Source: a virus. Taken from it: a stretch of DNA of 64,000 nt. Below are positions 63,432 through 64,000 of this stretch, piece by piece. Location: positions 32,001 through 96,000 of IMG/VR virus record IMGVR_UViG_3300025132_007963; one strand, written 5' to 3'. Both the position numbers and the translations under genes were made by a program. The notes below the pieces were generated by a model, which saw nothing but the letters and a program-made list of their open reading frames with translations, was not told where the DNA came from and made no database searches. Every line of letters starts with the position of its first letter. Position 1 is the stretch's first letter.

Positions 63432-63989
63432 GAGTTTTTTCCACTTCGGATCGATAAGGTTTGACATTGGGTGTGATTTGCTTTCGTTTACATTGGCTTG
63501 GTCAGCTGCAGCGTCTGCTTTAGCCATAAATTGCTTTACTATATCTTCAATTGAAATCTCATCTCCGTCACCGTCGCCTTCACGGAATGTAGCGATTAGG
63601 TTCGCCGGACTGTGTTCAGATAGTTTTTTTTCTATAAGTTCAAGAAGCTTGGCCATTTCAGCTACGGTTGGAAATGCCTCATCGATGATGGCGTCTTGAG
63701 TTTGATTGGTAGTATATTTAAATTCAGTGAAGGCATCATCTGGTTGATATCTCATCCCTGGCTCATATTGTATTGTAAAGTGGTGAGTTAATTTTCTATC
63801 TTCAACGCCTAGGAGGCTGATAACCAAGTTGTGATCATTTCCTTCTTTGAAGTAACGTGCATTGCCTACTATTGTTCGTTCTGTCTCTGGTTCAAATCCA
63901 GAATAGTCGTCTACATATGCTACCGCTGTAGCGATTAAGTCACCGGATTGGAATTCAGATCCAGCAAACTTTTCATCTATGTTATCCAT
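63420..63989 (-). CDS. acidic hypothetical protein
   Basis: 189-aa ORF with no recognisable motif. Confidence 0.65.
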   Translation of the reverse strand: MDNIDEKFAGSEFQSGDLIATAVAYVDDYSGFEPETERTIVGNARYFKEGNDHNLVISLLGVEDRKLTHHFTIQYEPGMRYQPDDAFTEFKYTTNQTQDAIIDEAFPTVAEMAKLLELIEKKLSEHSPANLIATFREGDGDGDEISIEDIVKQFMAKADAAADQANVNESKSHPMSNLIDPKWKKLLTS

Positions 63990-64000
63990 TATTATCTTCG

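Noticed and set aside
1-64000. CRISPR array or tRNA genes
   Set aside because: No repeat-spacer periodicity or cloverleaf with T-loop and CCA was seen; intergenic gaps are short.
1-64000. Stop-codon reassignment
   Set aside because: Conserved genes are full length in the standard code, and TAA, TAG and TGA all end genes.

Overview
This is a 64-kb segment of a large, probably uncultured, contractile-tailed dsDNA phage. Every credible gene (about 65) is on the minus strand, in standard genetic code (TAA, TAG and TGA all act as stops), mostly with strong Shine-Dalgarno sites. Left ~20 kb is nucleotide metabolism and bacterial-type replication: dUTPase, a Dam-family MTase plus putative endonuclease, DnaE, ThyX, class II RNR, DnaB, 5'-3' exonuclease, RecA, FKBP, gp32-like SSB, a divergent tubulin and a compact family-A polymerase. 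It also holds a myxobacterial-style Cys-repeat/vWA lipoprotein and a GroES-like protein. 20.7-58.4 kb is T4-like morphogenesis: baseplate, tape measure, tube, sheath, fibre, neck, gp23-like capsid, scaffold, protease, portal and terminase, with a ribosomal protein bS21 gene inside the head cluster. The right end has holin/spanin-like membrane genes and a fused SbcD-SbcC. Canonical sigma70 promoters precede non-structural operons, whereas a recurring 8-mer ACTA(T/G)TTA precedes structural genes. Best leads: the late-promoter motif, a likely +1 frameshift joining the tail chaperones, the vWA lipoprotein, a phage-borne R-M-like pair, bS21, the degenerate tubulin and a nested start in the fibre gene. 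All family calls come from motif recognition by eye; no database search was run.
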